43,208 nucleotides of DNA from contig JACRAJ010000002.1 of the NCBI GenBank assembly GCA_016213445.1, positions 102,780 to 145,987 on the forward strand. The letters are read 5' to 3'. The notes under the pieces were generated by a model. It saw nothing but the letters and a program-made list of their open reading frames with translations. It did no database searches and had not been told where the DNA came from. Shown here piece after piece: positions 21,724 through 31,071 of the stretch (position 1 is its first letter; each line of letters starts with the position of its first letter). Source of the stretch: Candidatus Azambacteria bacterium. Its GTDB lineage: Bacteria > Patescibacteriota > Minisyncoccia > UBA10092. A program made the translations under genes and the position numbers.

Positions 21724-24069
21724 TTATTTATTGATTCCCTTCCAAACCCAATTTTCTATTTCTTCCGGATCAACGCCATTTTTAACAATATATTCCCGAT
21801 GATCGGCCAATTTTTGCTCATATTTTTTAATCAAATTATCGGCCTTTTCACCGTTTAAAAATCCGCGTTCGGCCATTTTGGCAAACGCTTCCGTCGCCAA
21901 ATGCCACCGGCTGGTTTCGTTGCGAACCTGCATGTCAAAAGGCGTCGTGGTTGATCCGTTTTCGATATAGCCATGAACCGAAAATCTGTGATCCTCGCAA
22001 TAATCGAACAAAAATTGCTTTAGCATCTGGGGATAGCCGTGAAAATTAAAAATTACGGGCTTATCGGATGTAAAGTATTGATTGAAATTTATCGAAACGC
22101 GGCCATCCCCGCCGCCGATGCCGAGCGATGAAAGCTCCATAATATTAACGAAGCGAACCCGAATTTCCGGCGCCTCTTTTTTAACGATATCAATCGCGGC
22201 CAAAGCTTCTTTTGTAAGATAATCGCCCGCTGCCGAAAAAACGATATGGGGATTTTCCTCGCTCGCAAAATCCCAAATCGCCATTCCCGACTCCAGTTCT
22301 TTTGCCGCAAGTTCCGGCGTTAACCAACGCGGCTCAAAAGTTTTTCCGGCAACTATTATATTGATGCCGTTTTTTGACGCGAGGCATTCTTTCAAAACCG
22401 CCAGCGTGCTGTTGCCGTCGGGCGGGAAAAATACGCGGACGTTGCAGCCGGTTTTTTGAAGCACCTCGCTGATAAATCCGGGATTTTGATGAGAAAATCC
22501 ATTGTGTTCCTGTCGCCATCCGGAAGAAGTGAGAATGTAAGTAAGCGACGGAATATTGCCGCGCCAAGCAATTTCGCGCGCCACTTTTAAAAATTTCAAA
22601 TACTGGTCAACCATGCTCGTAACAATTTGAATGAAAGCTTCGTAAGAAGAAAATACGGCGTGCCGACCGGTTAAAGCGTATCCCTGCATCAATCCTTGAA
22701 GAGAATGCTCGCTTAAAATTTCCATTACGCGGCCGGAAGACGCGAGATCCTTGTCCCATTCTTTCTTCGGCATAACAAAAGCGCGCGATGTGGTTTCAAA
22801 AACCGCGTCCAATTTATTGGAATAAGTTTCATCCGGCGACATCATGCGAAAATTTTTATTTTCTTTGTTAAGTTTGAAAACTTCGTTCAAATATGCCCCG
22901 GCGCGGCGCATAGAACTTGAACCGATGGTTCCGGGAACAGCGGCATCTTCGGCAAATTGATCAATCGGCGGCAATACAAGCGGCTTCACCGCGCTTCCGC
23001 CGAAAGCGCGGCGATTTTCTCCCATTTTCAATCCCAAATCCGGAATCAGTTCTTTTATTTCGTCGATAAATCCGCTCTCAGCGGAAAATAATTCGTCAAA
23101 TTTATATGAACGAAACCATTTTTCGATCGCCTTCAACTCCGTTTTGTCGGTTTTAGCGTTCGGCCCCACAACCTGATGCGCGGCAAAATTGCCTTCTATT
23201 TTCACTCCCTTTAAATTTTTGATTCCCGTCCATCCTTTCGGTGTTTTCAAAATAATCATCGGAAATCGCGGCGGAATTTCGGACGCCGTGTTTTTTCTCG
23301 CTTTATCCTGAATCGCGCGAATTGACTCGTAGCATTTTTCAAAAGTTTCGGCCGCTTTTTCATAAATGTCGCGGCCTTCTATTATATGCGGTTCATAGCC
23401 GTAGCCGGTAAACAGCGATTTCAGCTCGCGGTTTGTCATTCTGCCGAAAATGGTCGGCCCTGAAATTTTATAGCCGTTCAAATGCAAAATCGGCAACACC
23501 GCGCCGTTTGCCGCCGGATCGATAAATTTATTCAAATGCCAGGCCGCCGCCGTCGGGCCGGTTTCGGCTTCGCCGTCGCCGATAACGCAGGCGGCAATCA
23601 ATTCCGGGCTGTCCAAAACCGCGCCATAAGCGGTTGAAAGCGCGTAGCCAAGCTCGCCCCCTTCCAAAATAACGCCGGGCGCTCCGGGATTGCTGTGGCT
23701 TGGAAAGCCGTATGGCCAGCAAAAATTTTTCGCCACATAGCCGACGCCATTTTCATCGCGAGTCGCTGACGGATAATATTTTCCAAGCGTTCCTTCGATA
23801 AATAAATTCGCTTGAAGCGCCGCGAAGCCGTGGCCGGGACCCATTATAAAAAGAATTTCGGCGCCGCGCTTTTTTATCAAATAATTCAAATTGGCGTATA
23901 TGAAGTTGATGCCCGGGCAAGTGCCCCAGTGCCCCAAAAGCCGCGGCTTAATGTCGCTAAAAGCCAGTTTTCTTTTTAATAAAAAATTATTCCAAAGATA
24001 AATTTGGATGGCGGAAAGATAATCTGCCGCCCGAACGTATTTTTTTATCGATCCAACAAAATCGGTCAT
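21724..24069 (-). CDS. xfp: Xylulose-5-phosphate/fructose-6-phosphate phosphoketolase
   Basis: The ORF is 781 aa. LLGHWGTCPGINFIYANLN, EGGELGYALS and GDGEAETGP are phosphoketolase (TPP enzyme) signatures. Confidence 0.9.
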   Translation of the reverse strand: MTDFVGSIKKYVRAADYLSAIQIYLWNNFLLKRKLAFSDIKPRLLGHWGTCPGINFIYANLNYLIKKRGAEILFIMGPGHGFAALQANLFIEGTLGKYYPSATRDENGVGYVAKNFCWPYGFPSHSNPGAPGVILEGGELGYALSTAYGAVLDSPELIAACVIGDGEAETGPTAAAWHLNKFIDPAANGAVLPILHLNGYKISGPTIFGRMTNRELKSLFTGYGYEPHIIEGRDIYEKAAETFEKCYESIRAIQDKARKNTASEIPPRFPMIILKTPKGWTGIKNLKGVKIEGNFAAHQVVGPNAKTDKTELKAIEKWFRSYKFDELFSAESGFIDEIKELIPDLGLKMGENRRAFGGSAVKPLVLPPIDQFAEDAAVPGTIGSSSMRRAGAYLNEVFKLNKENKNFRMMSPDETYSNKLDAVFETTSRAFVMPKKEWDKDLASSGRVMEILSEHSLQGLMQGYALTGRHAVFSSYEAFIQIVTSMVDQYLKFLKVAREIAWRGNIPSLTYILTSSGWRQEHNGFSHQNPGFISEVLQKTGCNVRVFFPPDGNSTLAVLKECLASKNGINIIVAGKTFEPRWLTPELAAKELESGMAIWDFASEENPHIVFSAAGDYLTKEALAAIDIVKKEAPEIRVRFVNIMELSSLGIGGGDGRVSINFNQYFTSDKPVIFNFHGYPQMLKQFLFDYCEDHRFSVHGYIENGSTTTPFDMQVRNETSRWHLATEAFAKMAERGFLNGEKADNLIKKYEQKLADHREYIVKNGVDPEEIENWVWKGINK

Positions 24070-24144
24070 TGCTTTTATGATAAATCAAACCTCGATTTTT
24101 GAAAACAGGCAACCTTTAAACAAATGATAAATTGCGCATTTAAA

Positions 24145-24186
24145 AACTAAACACGTTGTTCCGATAACCGGAAAACGCGTTTAGTT
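24145..24186 (-). terminator. Long hairpin terminator after the DUF378 gene
   Basis: AACTAAACACGTT...AACGCGTTTAGTT forms a 13-bp stem with 1 mismatch. An inner TTCCG/CGGAA extension is present, and TTTT follows on the minus strand. Confidence 0.5.
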
Positions 24187-24205
24187 GCGCGCAATTATAA
24201 CAAAA

Positions 24206-24412
24206 TTATTTCCTGCAATACTTCGACATCATCGCGAGCAGGTATAAAGCGGCAAGGCCGACCAGATCATAAATCAGCCTTGAAAGAGCCGACATGTCCC
24301 CGAAAATGGCAGAAACCAAATTCCAATTGAACAAGCCGACTAACAGCCAATTTAAACCTCCGATGATAACGAGAATAAATGACAGCCAATCAAGCGCGTT
24401 TAATTTATTCAT
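24206..24412 (-). CDS. DUF378-family small membrane protein
   Basis: The ORF is 68 aa. LVIIGGLNWLLVGLFNWNLVSAIFG...LIYDLVGLAAL matches the DUF378 pattern. Confidence 0.7.
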   Translation of the reverse strand: MNKLNALDWLSFILVIIGGLNWLLVGLFNWNLVSAIFGDMSALSRLIYDLVGLAALYLLAMMSKYCRK

Positions 24413-24530
24413 CGCAAGTCTTGTTAAATTTTTATAAATCGACCTTTGCCTCGATACACCCCAATTATATCAAATAACCAACCGTTGCAATAATGAGTTA
24501 TCCTCAACTGAAATTATTGAAACAGGCGCG

Positions 24531-24839
24531 CTATTTCAAGCCGTCGAAAATCGTAACGTCGCCTTTTTCGTATTTTCCCATTTCAAATCCATTATACACG
24601 AAATGATCATGATCTTGATTGAAATAAAGCGCGGTTTTCTTGTCGAGAACAATCATAAAACCGCGGTATCCGAGCTTCAAGGGAAAAATATCGACGCGCC
24701 TCACCTGCGAAAAAACATCATGAATTTTACTGAATGAAGTGTGTCCAACGCCCATTTTCTTGGATAATCTGGCTACCGCCAAGCTCGGCCAAAATTTCAT
24801 CATAAATTTTGTGAACCAGTCGATTTTTATTTTTTTCAT
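24531..24839 (-). CDS. Hypothetical protein
   Basis: The ORF is 102 aa and lies directly downstream of rpsP. I recognise no motif. Confidence 0.4.
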   Translation of the reverse strand: MKKIKIDWFTKFMMKFWPSLAVARLSKKMGVGHTSFSKIHDVFSQVRRVDIFPLKLGYRGFMIVLDKKTALYFNQDHDHFVYNGFEMGKYEKGDVTIFDGLK

Positions 24840-24860
24840 GAATTTAGGAATCGGCGCCGA

Positions 24861-25214
24861 TTAGGCGGCCGGAACCGTTTCCGGCGCGGGAGATTCCGCT
24901 TTCGCCGCTTCTTCTTTTATAACCGCTTCTTTCGGCTGTTCAACCGCCGCCGCTTTTTTATGGACGGCAATTTTCTTTCCGGAAATCACGCCCTGCGAAA
25001 CCAGTAAATTATGAATGGATTCCGACGGCTGCGCGCCTTTGCCAATCCAGTATAAAATTCTGTCTTTATTCAAAGATACCGCCTTGGTTTTGCGGTTCAC
25101 ATTGCCCAGGAGTTCCAAATACTTCCGGCGCGGGCCGGCGGTTTTCTGGGTTGCCACGACCCTGAAAGTCGCGGTATGTTTTTTTCCAACTTTTTGTAAT
25201 CTTATAACCAACAT
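24861..25214 (-). CDS. rpsP: 30S ribosomal protein S16 with a charged C-terminal extension
   Basis: The ORF is 117 aa. MLVIRLQKVGKKHTATFRVVA...LELLGNVN is the S16 pattern. Confidence 0.9.
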   Translation of the reverse strand: MLVIRLQKVGKKHTATFRVVATQKTAGPRRKYLELLGNVNRKTKAVSLNKDRILYWIGKGAQPSESIHNLLVSQGVISGKKIAVHKKAAAVEQPKEAVIKEEAAKAESPAPETVPAA

Positions 25215-25223
25215 AATTTTTAT

Positions 25224-26864
<1,641 letters not shown>

Positions 26865-26914
26865 CTAAAAATTGAGTTATTAATAACGAAAATTTTTAGA
26901 TAAAAATATGAGCA

Positions 26915-26940
26915 TCCGCCGTAGCTTTAGCGAAGGCGGA
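26915..26940. repeat. GC-rich palindromic element in the groES-groEL spacer
   Basis: The sequence is TCCGCC-GTAGCTTTAGCGAA-GGCGGA. Its 22-nt core (26917-26938) is the exact reverse complement of the core inside tgt (7441-7462). Confidence 0.75.
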
Positions 26941-26953
26941 AACCATACTTTTA

Positions 26954-27250
26954 TCATTCCAAAATCGCCAGCACCTCGTCTTCTTTTAAAATCTTGTATT
27001 CGACCCCGTTGAGTTTGAATTCGGCGCCGGCGTATTTTTCAAACACCACTTCATCGCCTTTTTTGACGCCTGATTTTTTTATTTTTTCGCCCGCGCCGAT
27101 GGCCACCACTTTGCCCTGCGCCGGTTTTTCTTTATTAATGGTTTCCGGCAAGATGATGCCCGATTTGGTTTTTTCAGCCTCTTGAACAGGCGAAACCACT
27201 ATCCGGTCGCCCAGAGGCTTTATGGAAAATTTGGAAATTTGCTTCGCCAT
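26954..27250 (-). CDS. groS: Co-chaperonin GroES
   Basis: The ORF is 98 aa. IKPLGDRIVV...KTKSGIILPE...GKVVAIG is the GroES pattern. Confidence 0.95.
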   Translation of the reverse strand: MAKQISKFSIKPLGDRIVVSPVQEAEKTKSGIILPETINKEKPAQGKVVAIGAGEKIKKSGVKKGDEVVFEKYAGAEFKLNGVEYKILKEDEVLAILE

Positions 27251-27370
27251 ATGTCTTATTTTTTTAATAATAAAATAATAATACGTATTATATTAACTTA
27301 ATTTATTATTTTGTCAACAATTTGCCAGAAAAGGCGTTTATTGATAAAATCAAAACATTGATATATCATT

Positions 27371-27739
27371 ATGATCATCGGTTTTTTGTTTCGCATCGTC
27401 GCTAATGCTTTGGCGATTTTGGCCGCCGCGCGATTTATACCCGGCGTCGCCTATCAATACCAGTTCTTGAGCTTATTGAAAATAGCGGCGATTCTTGCCT
27501 TGGCGAACGTGCTTTTGAAACCGATTTTAAAAATAATATTCAGTCCGCTAATTTTCATCACTCTCGGATTTTTTACGATTGTTATAAACATTTTTATCTT
27601 GTGGTTGGCGGTTTATTTCGCTCCCGAGCTTTCCATAACCGGTCTCGCCGCGTATTTCTTGACAACGATTGTCATAATCTTGTTTAATTTTATAACTTCC
27701 GTGTTTATTCATAATAAAAACAACAAAGAAAATGATTGA
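27371..27739 (+). CDS. Multi-TM small membrane protein (phage holin family 4_2 / DUF360-like)
   Basis: The ORF is 122 aa with about 4 TM helices. The N-terminus NALAILAAARFIPGV resembles that family from memory. Confidence 0.4.
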   Translation: MIIGFLFRIVANALAILAAARFIPGVAYQYQFLSLLKIAAILALANVLLKPILKIIFSPLIFITLGFFTIVINIFILWLAVYFAPELSITGLAAYFLTTIVIILFNFITSVFIHNKNNKEND

Positions 27740-27947
27740 TATTTTACCGACAGCGCAAATAGTAATCGCGGCGCTTTTAATCGTCGCCATTCTTTTGCAA
27801 AGCCGCGGCAGCGGGCTTTCTTCCGTTTTCGGCGGCGAATCAACCTTCTACCATACGCGCCGCGGAATGGAAAAATTTATTTTCTGGGCAACCGTTGTTT
27901 TGGCAATATTGTTTATCGCTACCGGCGTCGCCTATTTTTTCGTTTAA
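27732..27947 (+). CDS. secG: Preprotein translocase subunit SecG
   Basis: The ORF is 71 aa with 2 TM helices. LLIVAILLQSRGSGLSSVFGG is the SecG signature region. Confidence 0.75.
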   Translation: MIDILPTAQIVIAALLIVAILLQSRGSGLSSVFGGESTFYHTRRGMEKFIFWATVVLAILFIATGVAYFFV

Positions 27948-27952
27948 CTACC

Positions 27953-29656
27953 ATTCGTAAATTCACAAAAACCAAAAATTGGATAAAAATCTGGAAACGC
28001 CTTGGCGCCAAAGAAAAAATCTGGCTGGGCATTTTTGCCATTTTAATACTTTTTTCCATCTCCTATCTCATCGGCGATTTTTATCGCAGTAAAACCGAAG
28101 AAATATCCTCTTCCGGCGGCACTTACGTTGAAGCGGTATCGGAATCGCCCCATAATCTTAATCCGCTTTTAGCCACCAATGACGCGGACAGAGACCTTTC
28201 TCGCCTTATCTTTTCCTCTCTTTTAAAATACAATGAAAACAGCGATTTATCGCCGGATTTGGCGGCAAGCTACACGGTATCGAAAGACGACAAAACCTAT
28301 ACTATCAAACTAAAAGACGGCATAACGTGGCATGACGGCAGACCTTTTAGCGCCGATGACGTTATTTTCACCGTCAATGCGGTCCAAAATCCGGAATACA
28401 ACAGTCCGCTACGAAACAGCTGGCAAGGCGTGAAAGCTGAAAGTCCCGACCCCCATACGGTTGTATTAACTTTAAAAACGCCATACAACGCTTTTGCGGA
28501 AAATTTGGCAATGCTCGGCATTTTACCAGAACATATCTGGAGCAAGGTTGCGCCAAAAAATTTCCCCTTAGCCGATTTTAATCTTAAACCGGTCGGCACC
28601 GGACCGTACCGTTTTTCCAAATTGCAAAAAAACGCTTTGGGAACAATTATCGCCGTCAATCTAACCGCCAATCAAACCTATTTCGCCTCGCCGCCGTTCA
28701 TTCAAAATCTAACTTTTAAATTTTATCTCTCCGAAGAGGAAGCCGTGTCGGCTTTCAACAGAAAAGAAGCGGATGGCTTGTTTCTTCAAACCGCCCAAAA
28801 CAAAAATCAGCTCCGCGGCTTGCAAAATTCCTCGGTTTTTTCCCTGCCGTCTTTGCGAGTTTACGCGCTTTTTTTCAACACCAATGATCCCATTTTGAAA
28901 GACGGAAATGCAAGAAAAGCCATAAATTACGCCGTAAACAAGGAGGAACTGCTTAATAAATTATTAAACGGCGAAGGCAAAATTGCCGCCGGACCGATTC
29001 CGCCGGGCGCGCCCGGTTCAAGCCCGAACATTATTGGATATGAATTCGACACTCAAAAAGCGCGCCAGATTTTGGAGAAAGCCGGTTGGACGAGAAATGA
29101 ATTCGGCATTTACGCAAAAAAACTGAACAAAAAAGACAAAGAAGCGACGCCGCTTAAATTTACCGTTATCGCCACAAAATCAATGCAGCTCGCAGCCACC
29201 CTGATACGCGACAATCTTAAAAACATCGGCATTGATATCGATTTGAAAATAGTTTCAATAAGCGATCTCCAGCAAAATTATTTGAAAACTAAAAATTACG
29301 GAGCCATTCTGATCGGCGAATCATATACCGCTTCGATTGATCCGTACGTTTTCTGGCATGGCGTGTCCGCCAAAGATTCCGGGCTCAACTTGTCGCTTTA
29401 CGACAATAAAAAAGTAAACAAAATTTTGGAAGACGCGCGCCAAATAACCGACCCGATAAAGCGCGCTCAAAAACTTGAAGAATTTCAAAAATTGGTTTTG
29501 GCCGACGCGCCGGCGGCATTCCTTTATTCGCCGAATTATCTTTATGTGGTTAAAAATACGGTTAAAAACATCAGTTTTGTTAATTTGGCCATTCCTTCAA
29601 ATCGATTCGCGAAAATAAGCGATTGGCACATCCAAACCGAAAGGATATGGAAATAA
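27953..29656 (+). CDS. Family-5 (peptide/nickel type) extracellular solute-binding protein; start codon unresolved
   Basis: The SBP_bac_5-like body reads DGITWHDGRPFSADDVIFT... . The frame is open back to 27740 and encodes a basic n-region plus a TM anchor (IWLGIFAILILFSISYLIG). There is no in-frame ATG, GTG or TTG before the TTG at 28259. ATT 27953 is only a guess. Confidence 0.7.
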   Translation: MRKFTKTKNWIKIWKRLGAKEKIWLGIFAILILFSISYLIGDFYRSKTEEISSSGGTYVEAVSESPHNLNPLLATNDADRDLSRLIFSSLLKYNENSDLSPDLAASYTVSKDDKTYTIKLKDGITWHDGRPFSADDVIFTVNAVQNPEYNSPLRNSWQGVKAESPDPHTVVLTLKTPYNAFAENLAMLGILPEHIWSKVAPKNFPLADFNLKPVGTGPYRFSKLQKNALGTIIAVNLTANQTYFASPPFIQNLTFKFYLSEEEAVSAFNRKEADGLFLQTAQNKNQLRGLQNSSVFSLPSLRVYALFFNTNDPILKDGNARKAINYAVNKEELLNKLLNGEGKIAAGPIPPGAPGSSPNIIGYEFDTQKARQILEKAGWTRNEFGIYAKKLNKKDKEATPLKFTVIATKSMQLAATLIRDNLKNIGIDIDLKIVSISDLQQNYLKTKNYGAILIGESYTASIDPYVFWHGVSAKDSGLNLSLYDNKKVNKILEDARQITDPIKRAQKLEEFQKLVLADAPAAFLYSPNYLYVVKNTVKNISFVNLAIPSNRFAKISDWHIQTERIWK

Positions 29657-30414
29657 ATCTCCAAAAAATTTCCGGTCTCTCGATTTCTCTCGATGAGGAA
29701 AATTTGGATTTGATTTTTGATGGCAATTTTCCGTTTATCGAAAAATCAAAAAGAAGCTTAAACGATCTTCGGCCTTATTTGAAAAATCCCGAAGCGAAAA
29801 ACGGCCCCGATCCGGCTTACCGTATTTGGCGCCGAGCTCATTTAAAAAAAGACGATGAAAAAATCCGCTCCGCCGGCTTGCGATACGATCTAACGCTTCT
29901 TCCATCCGGAACCATCGACGGCGAATTCGTAAAAACCGCCGGCCATTATCACTTGCCCTATCCGGAAATCTACGAAGTTTTGCGCGGCCGCGCGTATTTT
30001 TTAATCCAATCATTCGAAGAAAGCGCCGAAAAAATAAAATCGGTTTATTTGGCGGAAGCCGGCCCCGGGGAAAAATTTGTAATTCCTCCCGGATTCGGCC
30101 ATAATATGATTAATGTTTTCGGCGAACCGCTTTTAACGGCTAATCTGGTAAGCGAAAAAGCGGAGCACGATTACGAGCCGTACAAAAACAATCATGGCGC
30201 TTGTTATTATTTTTTAAACGGCGGCAATCTGATTGACATCGTCAAAAATCCCAATTATGATTCAGCACCCGAAATCAAGAAAATCCGCGCTCGGGAATAT
30301 CCGGAATTCGGCTTAACAAAAGAAAATCCCTTATACAGCTTAATTAACAATCTCCAACAATTAAAATTTTTAAATCACCCCGAAGAGTTCGAGGGCGAGT
30401 GGCGAAATTGGTAG
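29647..30414 (+). CDS. Cupin-type (archaeal-type) glucose-6-phosphate isomerase
   Basis: TAGHYHLPYPEIYEVL fits TxGHxH...ExY, and IPPGFGHNMIN fits PPxxxHxxxN. I preferred the ATG at 29647 (10-nt overlap with the SBP gene) over the track start at 29623. Confidence 0.7.
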   Translation: MEINLQKISGLSISLDEENLDLIFDGNFPFIEKSKRSLNDLRPYLKNPEAKNGPDPAYRIWRRAHLKKDDEKIRSAGLRYDLTLLPSGTIDGEFVKTAGHYHLPYPEIYEVLRGRAYFLIQSFEESAEKIKSVYLAEAGPGEKFVIPPGFGHNMINVFGEPLLTANLVSEKAEHDYEPYKNNHGACYYFLNGGNLIDIVKNPNYDSAPEIKKIRAREYPEFGLTKENPLYSLINNLQQLKFLNHPEEFEGEWRNW

Positions 30415-30476
30415 ACGCGCAGCGTTCAGGGCGCTGTGAGAGCAATCTCATGGGAGTTCGAGTCTCCCCTCGCCCA
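30393..30476 (+). tRNA. tRNA-Leu (anticodon CAG), class II; CCA not encoded
   Basis: The acceptor is GGGCGAG/CTCGCCC. The anticodon stem is CAGCG/CGCTG with loop TTCAGGG. The variable arm is GAGA-GCAA-TCTC and the T arm is GGGAG-TTCGAGT-CTCCC. The discriminator is A. Confidence 0.9.
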
Positions 30477-30504
30477 CTGTAAAAGCGGGCTCGCCCGCAA
30501 AATA

Positions 30505-31014
30505 ATGAAAAATATAAAGGTAGTTCCAGTTTTATTTGATACCTATATTGCCATTATCAAAAACAGCGTCGGTTCGAAAATATTCCGCAATTCCTACGCT
30601 AAAGTAAACGGCAAAAAGGAAGATATTTTAAGAAACGGGAAAGTTTCTTGCGCTTTTTTCGTTTCTTCGATTTTAGCTCTTTTTCCATTATTTAAACTGG
30701 TAAAATATCCGCCCCATGGGACTGTCAGCGGAACAATAAAAGACTTGAAAGAATCAGGCTGGAAATCCGCCAAAGGCGGATCCGCCTTTGGCGGAAAAAA
30801 ACCGAAAGTCGGAAGCATTCTCGTGTGGGAAAAAATAGATACCGGCGATAAAGAATTTCACGGACATATCGGATTTTATATCGGCAATAATAAAGCTATC
30901 AGCATGAGCGACGGTAAAAAAACGCCGGAGATTCACCACTGGACCTACGGCGTAAAAAAAGGCGCGCCCGCCAGAAAAATAGAAGCGATATTTTGGAATA
31001 ATAAACTAAATTAA
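30505..31014 (+). CDS. Hypothetical protein with a Cys...His papain-fold-like pattern (possible NlpC/P60/CHAP-like hydrolase)
   Basis: The start was moved to MKNIKVV, because the track start lies inside the tRNA. GKVSCAFFVSSIL and FHGHIGFYIG are spaced as in NlpC/P60-type enzymes. The ORF contains the 30-nt palindrome. Confidence 0.35.
   Translation: MKNIKVVPVLFDTYIAIIKNSVGSKIFRNSYAKVNGKKEDILRNGKVSCAFFVSSILALFPLFKLVKYPPHGTVSGTIKDLKESGWKSAKGGSAFGGKKPKVGSILVWEKIDTGDKEFHGHIGFYIGNNKAISMSDGKKTPEIHHWTYGVKKGAPARKIEAIFWNNKLN
30766..30795. repeat. Perfect 30-nt palindrome (TCCGCCAAAGGCGGA + TCCGCCTTTGGCGGA) in frame in a CDS
   Basis: It is an exact inverted repeat encoding SAKGGSAFGG. It matches 42481-42510 at 29 of 30 positions. 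Confidence 0.85.
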
Positions 31015-31021
31015 ATCAACC

Positions 31022-31046
31022 CTCCTCCGCTAAAGCTTCGGAGGGG
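31022..31046. repeat. Related GC-rich hairpin element, terminator-like, after ORF 30505..31014
   Basis: The stem-loop is CCTCCG-CTAAAGCTT-CGGAGG. It shares the CGCTAAAGCT core with the tgt copy at 7439-7464. Confidence 0.55.
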
Positions 31047-31071
31047 TAAGAAAAATAAAATAAAAAAACAT

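Noticed and set aside
27251-27370. A CIRCE/HrcA operator upstream of groES.
   Set aside because: No TTAGCACTC-N9-GAGTGCTAA-like inverted repeat is present on either strand. Only the unrelated 14-nt AT palindrome was found, and it is reported separately.
29990-30001. A GCGCGGCCGCGC 12-nt palindrome inside the PGI gene, and other 8-nt GC palindromes (for example GGCGCGCC at 30961 and 41), as further members of the element family.
   Set aside because: They are short, lack the stem/3-nt-loop design and share no core with the family. They are compatible with chance in GC-rich codons (Arg/Gly/Ala).
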